A stretch of 64,000 bases of DNA, taken from contig CAWJNR010000001.1 in assembly GCA_963844295.1 (NCBI GenBank), forward strand, positions 82,801 through 146,800, in the 5' to 3' direction. Of this stretch, positions 48,251-59,136 are shown in pieces. The stretch's first letter is position 1; every line of letters begins with the position of its first letter. This DNA is from an uncultured Actinomycetota bacterium. GTDB lineage: Bacteria; Actinomycetota; Actinomycetes; Mycobacteriales; SCTD01. A program made the translations under genes and the position numbers. The notes below the pieces were generated by a model. It was given only the letters and a program-made list of their open reading frames with translations. It did not search any database and was not told the DNA's origin.

Positions 48251-48324
48251 CACCTCCAGCCGCGCATGCATCGACTGCGCGCGACCTCCGCGGTGCCCCC
48301 GCACCAGGCCGTACGGTCTGAGCC

Positions 48325-49147
48325 GTGGCGGAGCCGTGGCGGGAGGTCGGGGACCGGGTCCTCGTCCGTCGGCACGCGTCGTTCGACCTCAACGTCGGCC
48401 TGGTCGTCGGGGACGGCGCCTGCCTGGTCGTCGACACCCGGTGCTCCCTGGCGGAGGGACGGGACCTCGTGGACGCGCTCCGGCGCGTGACCAACGCGCC
48501 GTGGCAGGTCGTCGCGACCCACGCGCACTTCGACCACTGCTTCGGGACCGGGGCGTTCGTGCCGACGACGGTCTGGGCGCAGGAGCGTGCCGCCGCCGCG
48601 ATCAAGGACCGTGGGGAGGCGGACCGGGAGCGCGTCGCGCAGCTCTACGACCGGGACGGCCAGCCCGAGGTCGCCGAGCAGGTCCGGCAGAGCCCGCTCG
48701 TCGTCCCGGACCGACTGGTGGACCAGCACCAGGTGCTCGACGTCGGCGGCCGGCGGGTCGAGCTGCGACACGTCGGCAGGGGCCACACCGACCACGACCT
48801 CGTGGTGGTCGTGGAGGACGCCGGGGTCGTCCTCGCGGGGGACCTCGTGGAGGAGGGCGCGCCACCGCAGTTCCGCGACGCGCACCCGCTCGACTGGCCG
48901 GGCACGCTCGACGCGATGCTCACGGCCACTCCGGCTGCGACGGTGGTCCCCGGTCACGGCGACGTCGTCGACCGGGCCTTCGTCACGGCGCAGCGGGACG
49001 TCCTGCAGCGGCTCGTCGACCTCGCGACCGACGGGCACGGGGAGGGCAGACCCGCGGAGGACGTCGCGAGCGAGCTGCCCGAGCTCGGGGCCTTCGCCCT
49101 CGAGGCGGTCCACCGGGCCTACGCAGCGCGACCAGCTCGACCCGTAG
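48325..49147 (+). CDS. MBL-fold metallo-hydrolase; frame change near the 3' end (about 49125)
   Basis: Motifs THAHFDHCFG, GRGHTDHD and VPGHG. In the starting frame the ORF runs on to 49506 without a stop. The adjacent frame ends ..RAYAQRDQLDP at 49145-49147, just upstream of GAGGAGG and the next start. Confidence 0.8.
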
Positions 49148-49162
49148 AGGAGGGCCAGCACC

Positions 49163-49506
49163 GTGCCCACGCTCGACATCACCCCGACCACGCTGCACGT
49201 CCGCTTCACCCGCCCGGAGCGGGTGGCCGGGCTCTGCGCGACCAGCACCTTGCGCTGAGCGCCGTCACCGGCGCCGACGTGGTCCCGGACGGGCTCGCTG
49301 CCGTCCGCGGCCTGCGCGCGCCCGGCCTCGGGCTGCCCGGCTACCGCAAGATCGGGACCTGGCGGCGGCGGCACGGCCGGAGCCTGGTGGTCACGCGTCG
49401 CGGGCGGCCGGCCCTGCGGGTGCGGCTCACCGGCCACCCGTACGAGGAGCTGCTGCTCGACGTCGCCGACCCCGAGCGCGCGGCCGCCGCGCTGGCCGGG
49501 CGCTGA
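49163..49506 (+). CDS. Small PH-domain-like (bacterial PH) protein; one frame step near 49235
   Basis: GTG 49163 has GAGGAGG 10 nt upstream. It reads VPTLDITPTTLHVRFTRPERVAGL, then ..LSAVTGADVVPDGLAAVRGLRAPGLGLPGYRKIGTWRRRHGRSLVVTRRGRPALRVRLTGHPYEELLLDV. Confidence 0.55.
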
Positions 49507-49510
49507 CGCA

Positions 49511-50717
49511 CTAGCCCGCTGGGCTCGGGACCGTCGCCGTCACCGGTACGGACAGCGTCGGCACCGTGACGTCGGTGCACGACATCGCCTGGGTGTCGCC
49601 GCCGGCCAGCGCCGTCACCCGCGCCCGCCGCCTCGGTGAGGCGCTCCTCGGGCAGCCGGCCGGAGCGCACCGCCTCGACGAGCGCGTCGCGCATGCCGAG
49701 CGCCTGGTTGCCGTCGGTCGCGAGCGCCACGTCGGCGCCCGCCTCGATGGCCCGCACCGCTGCCTCGGGGAAGTTCCAGCGCAGGTTGACCGCGCCCATG
49801 CCGAGGCTGTCGGTCATCGCGACGCCCTCGAAGCCCATCTCGCGCAGCAGCGCGTACGCCTTCGGGCTGAGCGAGGCGGGCAGGTCGGGGTCGAGCGCGC
49901 TGTAGCCGAGGTGGTTGAGCATGACCACGGGCACCCCCGCGTCGATGGCCTGCTGGAACGGCAGCAGGTCGGTGCCTCGCAGCTCCTCGACCGTCGCCTC
50001 GACGACGTCGCCCTCGGCGTGCGTGTCGGTCGCGGAGCGGCCCTGCCCCGGGAAGTGCTTCACGGTCGGGGTGACGCCGGCGTCGAGCAGGCCGGCCGAG
50101 AAGGCCAGGCCGTACTCCGCCGCGGTGGCCGGGTCCGCGCTGAACGACCGGTCCCCGACGATGCCGCTGTACGGGCCGTCGTCGAGGTCGAGCAGCGGCG
50201 CGAGGTCGAGGTCGATGCCGGCTGCCACGAGGCGGGTGCCGATGCCAGCGGCGTAGGCGCGCACCTGCTCGGGCGTCTGCTCGCGGGCGAGCCGCCGCGG
50301 CGACGGCCCTGCGCCGACGATCTCGCGGGTCACGGCGACCCGGCCGGACTCCTCGTCCGTGGACACCAGCAGCGGCCGACCGGCGCGGTCGCGCAGCCCG
50401 TCGACGAGAGCGCGCACCTGCTCGGCGGACTCGACGTTCGGCTCGGACAGGAACAGCCCGCCGACGCCGAGGTCGACGACCGCCTGGCCGAGAGGCTCGT
50501 CCGCCGTCGTCACGCCGGGGATGCCGACCACGAGCACCGCAGCCGCACGCTGCTCGAGCGGCGCGGGGGTGCAGGCCGGCGACGGGGCGGCGGTGGGCTC
50601 CGCACGGTCCTGCGCCGCGGCGCCGGGCGTCGGCGAGCCGCTGCCGCAGGCGCTGAGCAGGACGGACGAGAGCAGAGCGGGCGCGACCAGAGCAGCGCGC
50701 CGAGGGGAGGACAGCAC
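49511..50717 (-). CDS. Glycoside hydrolase family 3 lipoprotein (beta-N-acetylhexosaminidase/NagZ-like); one frame step near 49625
   Basis: GTG 50717. The lipobox is LLSSVLLSACGSG. GH3 motifs are LLVSTDEESGRV, GIDLDLAPLLD, KHFPGQGRSATDTH and GVAMTDSLGMGA. The tail is restored in the +1 frame to the stop at 49511-49513. Confidence 0.85.
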
Positions 50718-50772
50718 CCGGCGAGCCTACGGGCGCACCCGCCTCCCGGCCCGCCCCCGCGCCGGTGGTCGA

Positions 50773-51741
50773 ATGGGCTCCCCGACCTCGGAGGAGCCCG
50801 TGCCCGTCGACCCCGCCCTCGACGCCGTCCTGCAGATGATGGCCGCCAACGGCACGCCGTCCATGGCGAGCGGCACGCCGGCGCAGGCCCGCGCCGGCTT
50901 CCGCTTCCTCACCGTCGACCTGCGCGACCCGGCCGTCCTGGCGCAGGTCGGCAGCGTCGAGGAGCTCACCGTCCCCGGCGGCGACGGCGAGGTCCGCGCC
51001 CGGGTCTACCGCCCGGCGACGCCGGGGCCGCACCCGACGATCGTGTTCCTGCACGGCGGCGGGTTCGTCATCGGCGACCTGGACACGCACGACGACCACA
51101 CCCGGCTGCTGTGCCGCGACGTCGACGCCGTGGTCGTCAGCGTCGACTACCGGCTCGCCCCCGAGACGCCCTTCCCGGGCGGGTACGAGGACTGCCTGGC
51201 CGCCACGCTCTGGGCGGTCGAGCACGCCGACGAGCTGGGTGGCGACGCCTCGCGCGTGGCCGTGGCCGGGGACAGCGCGGGCGGCAACCTGTCGGCCGCC
51301 GTCACCCTCGGGCTGCGGGACCGCGGCGTGCAGCTCGCCGCGCAGCTGCTGCTCTACCCGGGCGTCGACTTCGTGGACAGCGACGACCACGCGTCCCGCG
51401 TCGAGAACGCCGAGGGCTACTTCCTCACGGCCGGCGACATGGCCTGGTTCGGCGACCACTACCTGCCCGACCCGGCCCGCCGGACCGACCCGTACGCCTC
51501 GGTGCTGCGCGCGCCCGACCTCAGCGGCCTGCCGCCCGCGGTCATCGCGACAGCGGAGTACGACCCGCTGCGCGACGAGGGCGAGGCGTACGCCGCGGCG
51601 CTCGAGAAGGCCGGCGTGCCGGTGGTGCTGCGGCGGTTCGACGGTCTCATCCACGGCTTCTTCGGCCTGCCGCACGTGTCGCCGGCCTGCGCTGAGGCCA
51701 ACCGGGTGCTGTGCCAGGACCTCAAGGCCCTGCTGCAGTAG
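50773..51741 (+). CDS. Alpha/beta hydrolase, hormone-sensitive-lipase-type esterase
   Basis: Intact 322 aa from ATG 50773. It has the oxyanion motif HGGGF, the nucleophile motif GDSAGG, DPLRDEG and a catalytic His in LIHGF. Confidence 0.9.
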   Translation: MGSPTSEEPVPVDPALDAVLQMMAANGTPSMASGTPAQARAGFRFLTVDLRDPAVLAQVGSVEELTVPGGDGEVRARVYRPATPGPHPTIVFLHGGGFVIGDLDTHDDHTRLLCRDVDAVVVSVDYRLAPETPFPGGYEDCLAATLWAVEHADELGGDASRVAVAGDSAGGNLSAAVTLGLRDRGVQLAAQLLLYPGVDFVDSDDHASRVENAEGYFLTAGDMAWFGDHYLPDPARRTDPYASVLRAPDLSGLPPAVIATAEYDPLRDEGEAYAAALEKAGVPVVLRRFDGLIHGFFGLPHVSPACAEANRVLCQDLKALLQ

Positions 51742-52505
51742 CTACCGCGGCGCCATCCGGATCGCGCCGTCGAGCCGGATGACCTCGCCGTTGAGCATGG
51801 GGTTCTCGCAGACGTGCTGCACCAGCGCGGCGTACTCCGACGGGTCGCCCAGCCGCGACGGCATCGGCACCTGCGCGCCGAGCGACTGCCGCGCCGGCTC
51901 CGGCAGGCCCTGCAGCATCGGGGTGTCGAACAGCCCCGGGGCGATCGTCATGACGCGGATGAGGCGGTCTGCGCGAGGTCGCGCGCGACCGGCAGGGTCA
52001 TGACCGACGACGCCGCCCTTGCTGGCGCTGTAGGCGGCCTGGCCGATCTGCCCGTCGAACGCCGCGGCGCTGGCGGTGTTGACGATGACGCCGCGCTCGC
52101 CGTCGACGGGGTCGGTGGCTGCCATCGCCGCAGCCGCCAGGCGGAGCACGTTGAAGGTGCCGACCAGGTTGACCGTGACGACCCGCGCGAACTGCTCGAG
52201 CGGGAGCGGCCCCGCCTTGCCGAGGATGCGCCCCGGGGTGCCGATGCCGGCGCAGCTCACGGCCACCCGCAGCGGCCCCAGCTCACCGGCCCGCGCGACG
52301 GCGGCCTGCACCGAGGCCGCGTCGGTCACGTCGGTCGCGACGAACACCGCACCGCCGCCGACCTCCTCAGCGGCGCGGGGCCCCGGGCTCGAGGCCAGGT
52401 CGGCGAGCACGACCACCGCGCCCGCCTGCGTGAGCTGGTGGCGGTGGCCAGGCCGAGGCCGCTGGCCCCTCCGGTGACGAGCGCGACGGTGCCGGCGAGC
52501 CGCAT
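51742..52505 (-). CDS. Short-chain dehydrogenase/reductase (3-hydroxyacyl-CoA dehydrogenase-like), frameshifted as assembled (2)
   Basis: ATG 52505 follows AGGAGG. Motifs are [46 protein letters not shown] and [15 protein letters not shown]. Junctions lie near 52440 and 51985. Confidence 0.85.
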
Positions 52506-52534
52506 CGGTCCTCCTGGGGTCGGGGAGCCGGACG

Positions 52535-53854
52535 CTACCGGGCAGCGCGGGCCAGCTGCCCGTGGACCTCCGCCAGCAGCACCCGCGCCTCCGCCTCGCC
52601 CCGGTGCGGCAGGACCGCGCCGGGCAGGCGCCGGCCCGCCGTGTCGACGTGCAGGCTGGCCAGCCCGAGGCGGCGCTGCCACGGTCCGTAGGTGGTGCGC
52701 AGGCTCTGCACCTTCGCCAGCGGCACGACGTCGGTCGTCGTGGTGAGCACCCCGGACGTCGACACGACGTGCCGCGTCGTCGAGCCCGACCCGCAGCCGC
52801 CGCGCCTGCAGCGGCGCGCGCCACCGGGCCGCCGGCGGCACCGGGCGGTCCGCCGCCGGCAGAGGCGACGCCCAGGACCCGCGCGACCAGCGCGACCGCC
52901 AGCGCGCGGGGGGCCACCGGCAGCAGGGCGCCGGTGGTGGCCTGCTGCTCGCCGCCGCCGGCGTAGCCGGCGACGTCGACCTCGACCCGCACCCAGCCGA
53001 ACGGCCGCCACAGCAGCGGCTCGCTGATCCGCACCGCCTGGACCCGGCCCGGCGGGATCGTCTGCGTGCGCTTGTCGAGCAGCCCGTGCCGCAGCCGCAG
53101 CCCGTCCGGGCTCTCCGCCACGGTGAAGCCGTACTCGGCCAGCACCCGCTGGACGGCGAAGGACCCGCCGCCCAGCAGGAGCCACACGCTGGTCGACCAC
53201 CGCCGGCCCGACCGACCGCAGGTCCACGAGCGCAGCACCCGCGACGACCAGGACGAAGAAGACCGCGCTGGCCAGCGGGAAGCCCGAGCAGGGTGGACCA
53301 GACCAGCGGGCCGGTCGGCACGGTGACGAGCACGGCGTCCGGCTCCGGGGCCGCCGTCGGCTGGTCGTCGGTCGCCTGCCGCCCGGCCGCGAGGTCGAGC
53401 AGCTGCGTCCGCAGCCGGCCGGCGTCCTCCTCGGCGAGGAAGGCCAGCGGCGCCTCGGCCTCGGCCCGCCGCCGACGACCTCGAGCCGCAGCTCGGCCAG
53501 CCCCAGCACCCGCGCGTAGAAGGGGCGCACGACGTCGACCGCCTGCACGCGCGCCAGCGGGACCCGCCGGCTGCGCGTGGTGAGCACGCCGCTCTCGACC
53601 TGCAGCTCGGTCGGCGTCACGCGGTAGCGCATCGCCCGCCAGGACAACCAGCCCAGCAGCACGGCGCCGGGCACCGCCACGCCGAGCACGACGAGCAGCG
53701 GACCCGCCGGCGCCTCGCGCAGCCCCTGCTGGCCGATGACCGCCAGCAGCACCAGCAGGAAGCGCCCGCCGCGCAGCAGCGGGGTGAGCGGGTGCAGCCG
53801 GACCCACCCGCCCTCGGCGTCCAGCCGCGCGCCGGGGTCGAGCAGCGCCGTCAC
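52535..53854 (-). CDS. Membrane protein with repeated bacterial PH (bPH_2/DUF304) domains (YdbT-like), frameshifted as assembled (multiple)
   Basis: GTG 53854 overlaps the upstream stop (GTGA). Repeated modules read ..[58 protein letters not shown].. and ..[41 protein letters not shown].. Confidence 0.75.
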   Translation of the reverse strand: MTALLDPGARLDAEGGWVRLHPLTPLLRGGRFLLVLLAVIGQQGLREAPAGPLLVVLGVAVPGAVLLGWLSWRAMRYRVTPTELQVESGVLTTRSRRVPLARVQAVDVVRPFYARVLGLAELRLEVVGGGPRPRRRWPSSPRRTPAGCGRSCSTSRPGGRRPTTSRRRPRSRTPCSSPCRPARWSGPPCSGFPLASAVFFVLVVAGAALVDLRSVGPAVVDQRVAPAGRRVLRRPAGAGRVRLHRGGEPGRAAAAARAARQAHADDPAGPGPGGADQRAAAVAAVRLGAGRGRRRRLRRRRRAAGHHRRPAAGGPPRAGGRAGRAGPGRRLCRRRTARCRRRPGGARRCRRGGCGSGSTTRHVVSTSGVLTTTTDVVPLAKVQSLRTTYGPWQRRLGLASLHVDTAGRRLPGAVLPHRGEAEARVLLAEVHGQLARAAR

Positions 53855-54330
53855 ACTCCCGCCTGGCGCGCCTCGCCCAGCGCCGCCAGCCGGTCCCGCA
53901 GCCGGTGCGCCTCGGCGCTGAGCAGGCCGGGGACGGAGGCGTCGGTCGCGGCGGCGGCGGTGTGCAGGGTGACGGTCGCGAGGCCGAAGCGCCGCGCCAG
54001 CGGCCCGGCGGTGACGTCGACGTACTGCATGCGGCCGTACGGCACGACGGAGTGCCGGCGGACCAGCACGCCGCGGCGGACGAGCAGGTCGTCCTCGCGC
54101 TCGAGGTAGCCCCACGCCTCGTACCGCCGGCGCACGGCGACGACCAGCAGCCCCGTGACCGCAGCCGCAGCGAGCAGCGCCGCCAGCGCCTCCAGCCCGC
54201 CGACGGCGACCCCGACCAGGCCGACGACGAGGACGGCAGGCAGCGCGACGAGCAGCAGCGCCAGCCCGAGGCGCAGCCGCAGCAGCGCCGGGTCCGGCCG
54301 CCTCCAGCGCCCCTCGGCCTCGTCTCCCAC
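53851..54330 (-). CDS. Membrane bPH_2 (DUF304) domain protein (YdbS-like)
   Basis: Intact 159 aa. Two TM helices are followed by YLEREDDLLVRRGVLVRRHSVVPYGRMQYVDVTAGPLARRFGLATVTLHTAAA. Confidence 0.8.
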   Translation of the reverse strand: MGDEAEGRWRRPDPALLRLRLGLALLLVALPAVLVVGLVGVAVGGLEALAALLAAAAVTGLLVVAVRRRYEAWGYLEREDDLLVRRGVLVRRHSVVPYGRMQYVDVTAGPLARRFGLATVTLHTAAAATDASVPGLLSAEAHRLRDRLAALGEARQAGV

Positions 54331-54401
54331 GCCGCAGACCCTAGTGAGCAGCCCTGCCCGCCGCCGCGCGGCGCGCGCCCCCGAGCACCGATACTGGACC
54401 G

Positions 54402-54806
54402 GTGACGACGACCGGGCCGACCGCTGCGCAGACGGGACCGTGGTGGCGCGACGCCGGCCGCCGCACGCGGGTCGTCGTCATCACCTTCCTCGCCCTCGCC
54501 CTGGCCGGGATCCTGTTCCCCGCCTTCACCAACTACCTGTTCGCCGGCGACAAGCGCGTGCTGGTGGTGACGATGCAGCAGGACGCCGGGCAGGAGGCGA
54601 GGCAGGCGCTCAAGGACGCCTGCGGCGAGCTGCCGGGCGTCACCGTCGTCCCGGACCGGGGCAACCCCGACCCGGCGATCCAGGGCCGCTTCCCCGTCCG
54701 CTTCGACATCGGCGACACCACGGCAGCGCAGGAAGCGGCGCTGCAGCAGTGCATCAACGACAACGAGGACCTCGGCGTCGTCGGCTTCCTGCCCGAGCGC
54801 GGCTAG
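54402..54806 (+). CDS. Hypothetical protein with one N-terminal TM helix
   Basis: Intact 134 aa from GTG 54402: ..RVVVITFLALALAGILFPAFTNYLF.. followed by a soluble domain. No family recognised. Confidence 0.55.
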   Translation: MTTTGPTAAQTGPWWRDAGRRTRVVVITFLALALAGILFPAFTNYLFAGDKRVLVVTMQQDAGQEARQALKDACGELPGVTVVPDRGNPDPAIQGRFPVRFDIGDTTAAQEAALQQCINDNEDLGVVGFLPERG

Positions 54807-55665
54807 ACCGTCACGGTCCCGTCCAGCACGCCGAGCTCGTAGCCGGTCAGCTCCAGCGACGCCGCCTGCGCCGAGTCGGCGATCGACTCGGGTCGGCTCG
54901 ACCCGGGGATCGGGATGACCACCGGGGACAGCGCCAGCAGCCACGCCAGGCAGACCTGCTGCGGCGAGACGCCCCGCGCGCGGGCCACCTCGCCGAAGGC
55001 GGCGTGCTGCGCGCCCAGCGACGCGGCGCCGCTCATCCCGCCGAGCGGCGACCACGGCAGGAAGGCGATGCCGAGCTCGGTGCACAGCTCGAGCTCGGGC
55101 AGGCTCGAGCGGAACGCCGGGGAGAGCTCGTTCTGCACCGCCGCCAGCGGGGTGATCGACGCCGCCAGCCGGATCTGGTCGGGGTCGGCGTTGCTGATGC
55201 CGACGGCGCGCACCTTGCCCTCCTGGCGCAGCTCCTCGAGCGCGCCCACCGACTCGGCGTACGGCACCTGGGGTCGGGGCGGTGCAGCTGGTAGAGGTCG
55301 ATCACGTCGGTGCCGAGGGCTCGCAGCGACGCCTCGCACGCGGCGCGCAGGTGGGCCGGGCTGCCGTCCAGGGCCCACGAGTCGTCCGGCGGACGGGTGT
55401 GGCCGCCCTTCGTCGCGATCACCACCGCGCTGCGGTCCCCGCCCCACGACGCGACGGCCTCGGCCAGCAGGCGCTCGTTGTGGCCGACCTCGTCGTGCCC
55501 GAGGCAGTACGCGTCGGCCGTGTCCAGCAGCGTCACCCCGGCGTCGAGAGCGGCGTGCACGGTGCGCACCGCGCGCTCGCGGTCCGGCCGGCCCTCGACG
55601 GACAGGGGCATGCCGCCCAGGCCGATGGCGCCGACGCTGCGGTCGGCCAGGGTGCGCTGCTGCAC
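54803..55665 (-). CDS. Aldo/keto reductase; one frame step near 55285
   Basis: GTG 55665 has GAGGAG 6 nt upstream. It reads VQQRTLADRSVGAIGLGGMPLS..LLDTADAYCLGHDEVGHNERLL..DLYQLHRPDP, then VPYAESVGALEELRQEGKVRAVGISN..IPIPGSSRPESI. Confidence 0.85.
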
Positions 55666-55824
55666 GGGTTCTCCTCGAGGAGGTGACGGGTCGATGACAG
55701 GCCTACCGCTCGTCGTCGCCAGGCAACCGCTCGGCGCACAGCTGGCGTTCCGGTTGGCGGGGGTGGGGGAACGGCGGGTTGGGTACGTGCGCCAGGTCAC
55801 AGCACACGAGCGGGGGAGCACCAG

Positions 55825-58800
55825 ATGGGCGTGAGGGACGCGTTCCTCGGCTGGCCCGTGGTCCGGCAGATCACCGGCACCGACCCCCTCGGTCGCGGTG
55901 CCGCCGCCCAGAGCGCGCACACCGCGGCGCTGCGCCCGCGGACCGCGACCGCCGACCGCGTCGTGCAGAGCGTCTGCCCGTACTGCGCCGTCGGCTGCGG
56001 CCAGCGGGTGTTCGTCAAGGACGAGAAGGTCGTCCAGATCGAGGGCGACCCCGACTCGCCCGTCTCGCGCGGCCGGCTGTGCCCGAAGGGCAGCGCCAGC
56101 GAGCAGTTCGTCAACGGCGACCGGCGCATCACGACCGTCCGCTACCGCCGCGCCCGCGGCACCGAGTGGGAGGACCTCCCGCTCGAGCGCGCGATGGACA
56201 TGATCGTCGACCGCATGCTCGACACCCGCGAGCGCACCTGGCAGAGCGAGTTCGAGGGCAAGAAGGTCAACCGGACCCTCGGGTTCGCCTCGCTCGGCGG
56301 CGCGACGCTGGACAACGAGGAGAACTACCTCATCAAGAAGCTGTTCACGGCGCTGGGCGCGATCCAGGTCGAGAACCAGGCGCGCATATGACACAGCGCC
56401 ACCGTCCCCAGTCTGGGGGCCTCGTTCGGACGCGGCGGAGCCACGTCCTACCTGCAGGACCTGGCGAACAGCGACTGCATCGTCATCCAGGGCTCGAACA
56501 TGGCCGAGTGCCACCCGGTCGGGTTCCAGTGGGTCATGGAGGCCAAGAAGCGCGGCGCCAAGGTCATCCACATCGACCCGCGGTTCACGCGCACCTCGGC
56601 GCTCGCTGACCAGCACGTCCCGATCCGGGTCGGCAGCGACATCGCCTTCCTCGGCGGCGTCGTCAACTACATCCTCAGTCACGAGAAGGACTTCCGCGAG
56701 TACGTCGTGGCGTACACCAACGCCGCCACGATCCTGCGCGAGGACTTCGTCGACACCGAGGAGCTCGACGGGCTGTTCTCCGGCTACGACCCCGAGACCG
56801 CCTCGTACGACGGCGAGTCCTGGCAGTACGCCGGGCACGACCAGCAGGCGTCGCCCAGCGACGAGGACGAGGCAGCAGCCGGCGAGCACAACGCCGGGCA
56901 CGAGCTCGGCGGCCGCGGCGCCACGCTGGAGCACTCCTTCGTCGAGCGCGACGAGACGCTGCAGCACCCGCGCTGCGTCTACCAGGTGCTCAAGCGCCAC
57001 TACGCCCGCTACACCCCCGAGATGGTCGAGCAGGTCTGCGGCGTGCCGGTCGACCAGTTCCTCGCCGTCTGCGAGGCGGTGACCGCCAACAGCGGCCGTG
57101 AGCGCACCACCGCGTGGGTCTACTCGGTCGGCTGGACGCACCACTCGACCGGCGTGCAGTACATCCGCGGCTCGGCGATCGTGCAGCTGCTGCTCGGCAA
57201 CATGGGCCGGCCCGGCGGCGGGATCATGGCGCTGCGCGGCCACGCGAGCATCCAGGGCTCCACCGACATCCCGACGCTGTTCAACCTGCTGCCCGGCTAC
57301 CTGCCGATGCCGGTCGCGGGGGCGCACGACAGCCTCGACGACTACGTCGCGACCATCAGCGAGCCCGGCATGAAGGGCTTCTGGACCGGCGCGCGCTCGT
57401 ACGCCGTCAGCCTGCTCAAGGCCTGGTACGGCGACGCGGCGACGCCCGAGAACGACTTCTGCTTCGACCTGCTGCCCAAGCTGACCGGCGACCACGGCAC
57501 CTACCAGACCGTCATGGACCAGATCGACGGCAAGGTCGAGGGCTACTTCCTCGTCGGGCAGAACCCGGCCGTCGGCTCGGCGCAGGCCAAGATGCAGCGC
57601 CGCGGCCTGGCCTCGCTGAAGTGGCTCGTCGTGCGCGACGTCAACATGATCGAGTCGGCGACGTTCTGGAAGGACGGGCCGGAGATCGCCACCGGCGAGC
57701 TGCGCACCGAGGACATCGAGACCGAGGTGTTCTTCCTGCCCGCCGCCACGCACGTCGAGAAGGCCGGGTCGTTCACGCAGACCCAGCGGATGGTGCAGTG
57801 GCGCCACAAGGCGGTGGACCCGCCGGGCGACGCACGACCCGAGCTGGACTTCTACTTCGAGCTCGGTCAGCGGCTGCGCGCGCGGCTGGCCGGCTCGACC
57901 GAGCCCAAGGACCGGATGCTGCTCGACCTGACCTGGGACTACCGGGTCGACGAGCACGGCGACGTCGACGGCGAGTCGGTGCTGGCCGAGATCAACGGCC
58001 GTTTCGAGACCGGCGAGCAGAAGGGCCAGATGCTGCCCGGCTTCACGTCCATGAAGGACGACGGCTCGACCTCGGGCGGCTGCTGGATCTACTCCGGCAT
58101 CTTCAAGGACGGCGTCAACCAGTCCGCCCGTCGCAAGCCGGGGCAGGAGCAGGACTCGGTGGCAGCCGAGTGGGCGTGGGCCTGGCCGATGAACCGGCGC
58201 ACCCTCTACAACCGCGCCTCGGCCGACCCGGACGGCAAGCCGTGGAGCGAGCGCAAGGCCTACGTCTGGTGGGACCAGGAGCTCGACGACGGAGCCGGTC
58301 GCTGGACCGGCTACGACGTCCCGGACTTCGAGGTCTCCAAGCCGCCGTCGTACCGGCCTGAGCCCGGCACGGGCGGTCCTGCGGGGCTGGCCGGTGACGA
58401 CCCGTTCATCATGCAGGCCGACGGCAAGGGCTGGCTCTACGCGCCGAGCGGGCTGATCGACGGGCCGATGCCGACCCACTACGAGCCGCACGAGTCGCCG
58501 GTGAGCAACCCGCTCTACACGGTGCAGGCCAGCCCGACGCGCGAGGTCATCAAGCGCAAGGACAACCTGTCCAACCCCTCGGCGGGGGAGCCGGGCGACG
58601 ACGTCTTCCCGTACGTCTTCACGACCTACCGGCTCACCGAGCACCACACCGCCGGCGGCATGAGCCGCTGGGTGCCCTACCTCGCCGAGCTGCAGCCCGA
58701 GATGTTCTGCGAGGTGTCGCCGGAGCTCGCCCGGGAGCGCGGCCTGGCGAACCTCGGCTGGGCGACGATCACGACCTCCCGCACGGCCATCGAGGCCCGC

Positions 58801-59136
58801 GTGCTGGTCACCGACCGGGTCACGCCGCTGCACGTCGGCGGCAAGGTCGTGCACCAGATCGGCCTGCCCTACCACTGGGGCGTCGGCGGCGACGCCTACG
58901 TCAGCGGCGACTCCGCCAACGACCTGCTGGCTCTCGCGCTCGACGCCAACGTGCACATCCAGGAGAGCAAGGTCGGCAGCTGCGACATCACGGCCGGCCG
59001 CCGTCCGACGGGACCGGCCCTGCTGCGCCACGTCGAGCAGTACCGCAGCCGTGCCGGCGTCACCGTCGAGACCGGCAACGAGCAGGTGCGCCGGGTCCCG
59101 GGCGACCGCGCCCACGAGAGCAGGGAACGCGCGTGA
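55825..59136 (+). CDS. fdhA: Formate dehydrogenase catalytic (molybdopterin) subunit with an in-frame UGA read as selenocysteine
   Basis: Track ORFs 55825..56391 and 56500..59136 share one frame and are separated only by TGA 56389-56391. The 4Fe-4S motif is CPYCAVGCG. The context VENQARI-TGA-HSATVPSLGASFGRGG matches the Sec position of E. coli FdnG (DNQARV-U-HGPTVASLAPTFGRG). The 1103 codons have no other disruption. Confidence 0.88.
56404..56420 (+). promoter_or_regulatory. SECIS-like hairpin 12 nt downstream of the UGA
   Basis: GUCCCCA-GUC-UGGGGGC. Counting the U of UGA as +1, position +17 is U, +23 is G and +24 is U. This is the geometry I recall for the E. coli fdhF SECIS. Confidence 0.55.

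Noticed and set aside
48325-49506. 393-aa ORF fusing the MBL hydrolase to a PH-like domain.
   Set aside because: - The junction region (ARPARPVEEGQHRAHARHHPDH) is off-frame noise.
- The adjacent frame gives a stop at 49145-49147, followed by GAGGAGG and a GTG start at 49163.
56389-56391. The TGA inside fdhA read as a true stop, giving two genes or a pseudogene.
   Set aside because: - The stop sits exactly at the Sec column of FdnG-type enzymes.
- The frame is unchanged across it.
- A SECIS-like hairpin follows.
- The downstream part has no start or RBS of its own near the conserved HSATVPSLG sequence.
55033-59115. Very long track ORFs: 1360 aa antisense to fdhA; also 34412..38383 (1323 aa), 49566..51695 and 49615..51675, 18217..21516, 28843..32331.
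   Set aside because: - They are antisense to, or out of frame with, clearly conserved genes.
- They are Arg/Ala/Gly/Pro-rich, as expected for stop-poor off-frames in a 70-75% GC genome.
- Some (28843..32331, 18217..21516, 34412..38383 in part) simply string together in-frame fragments of neighbouring frameshifted genes.
- None are real proteins.
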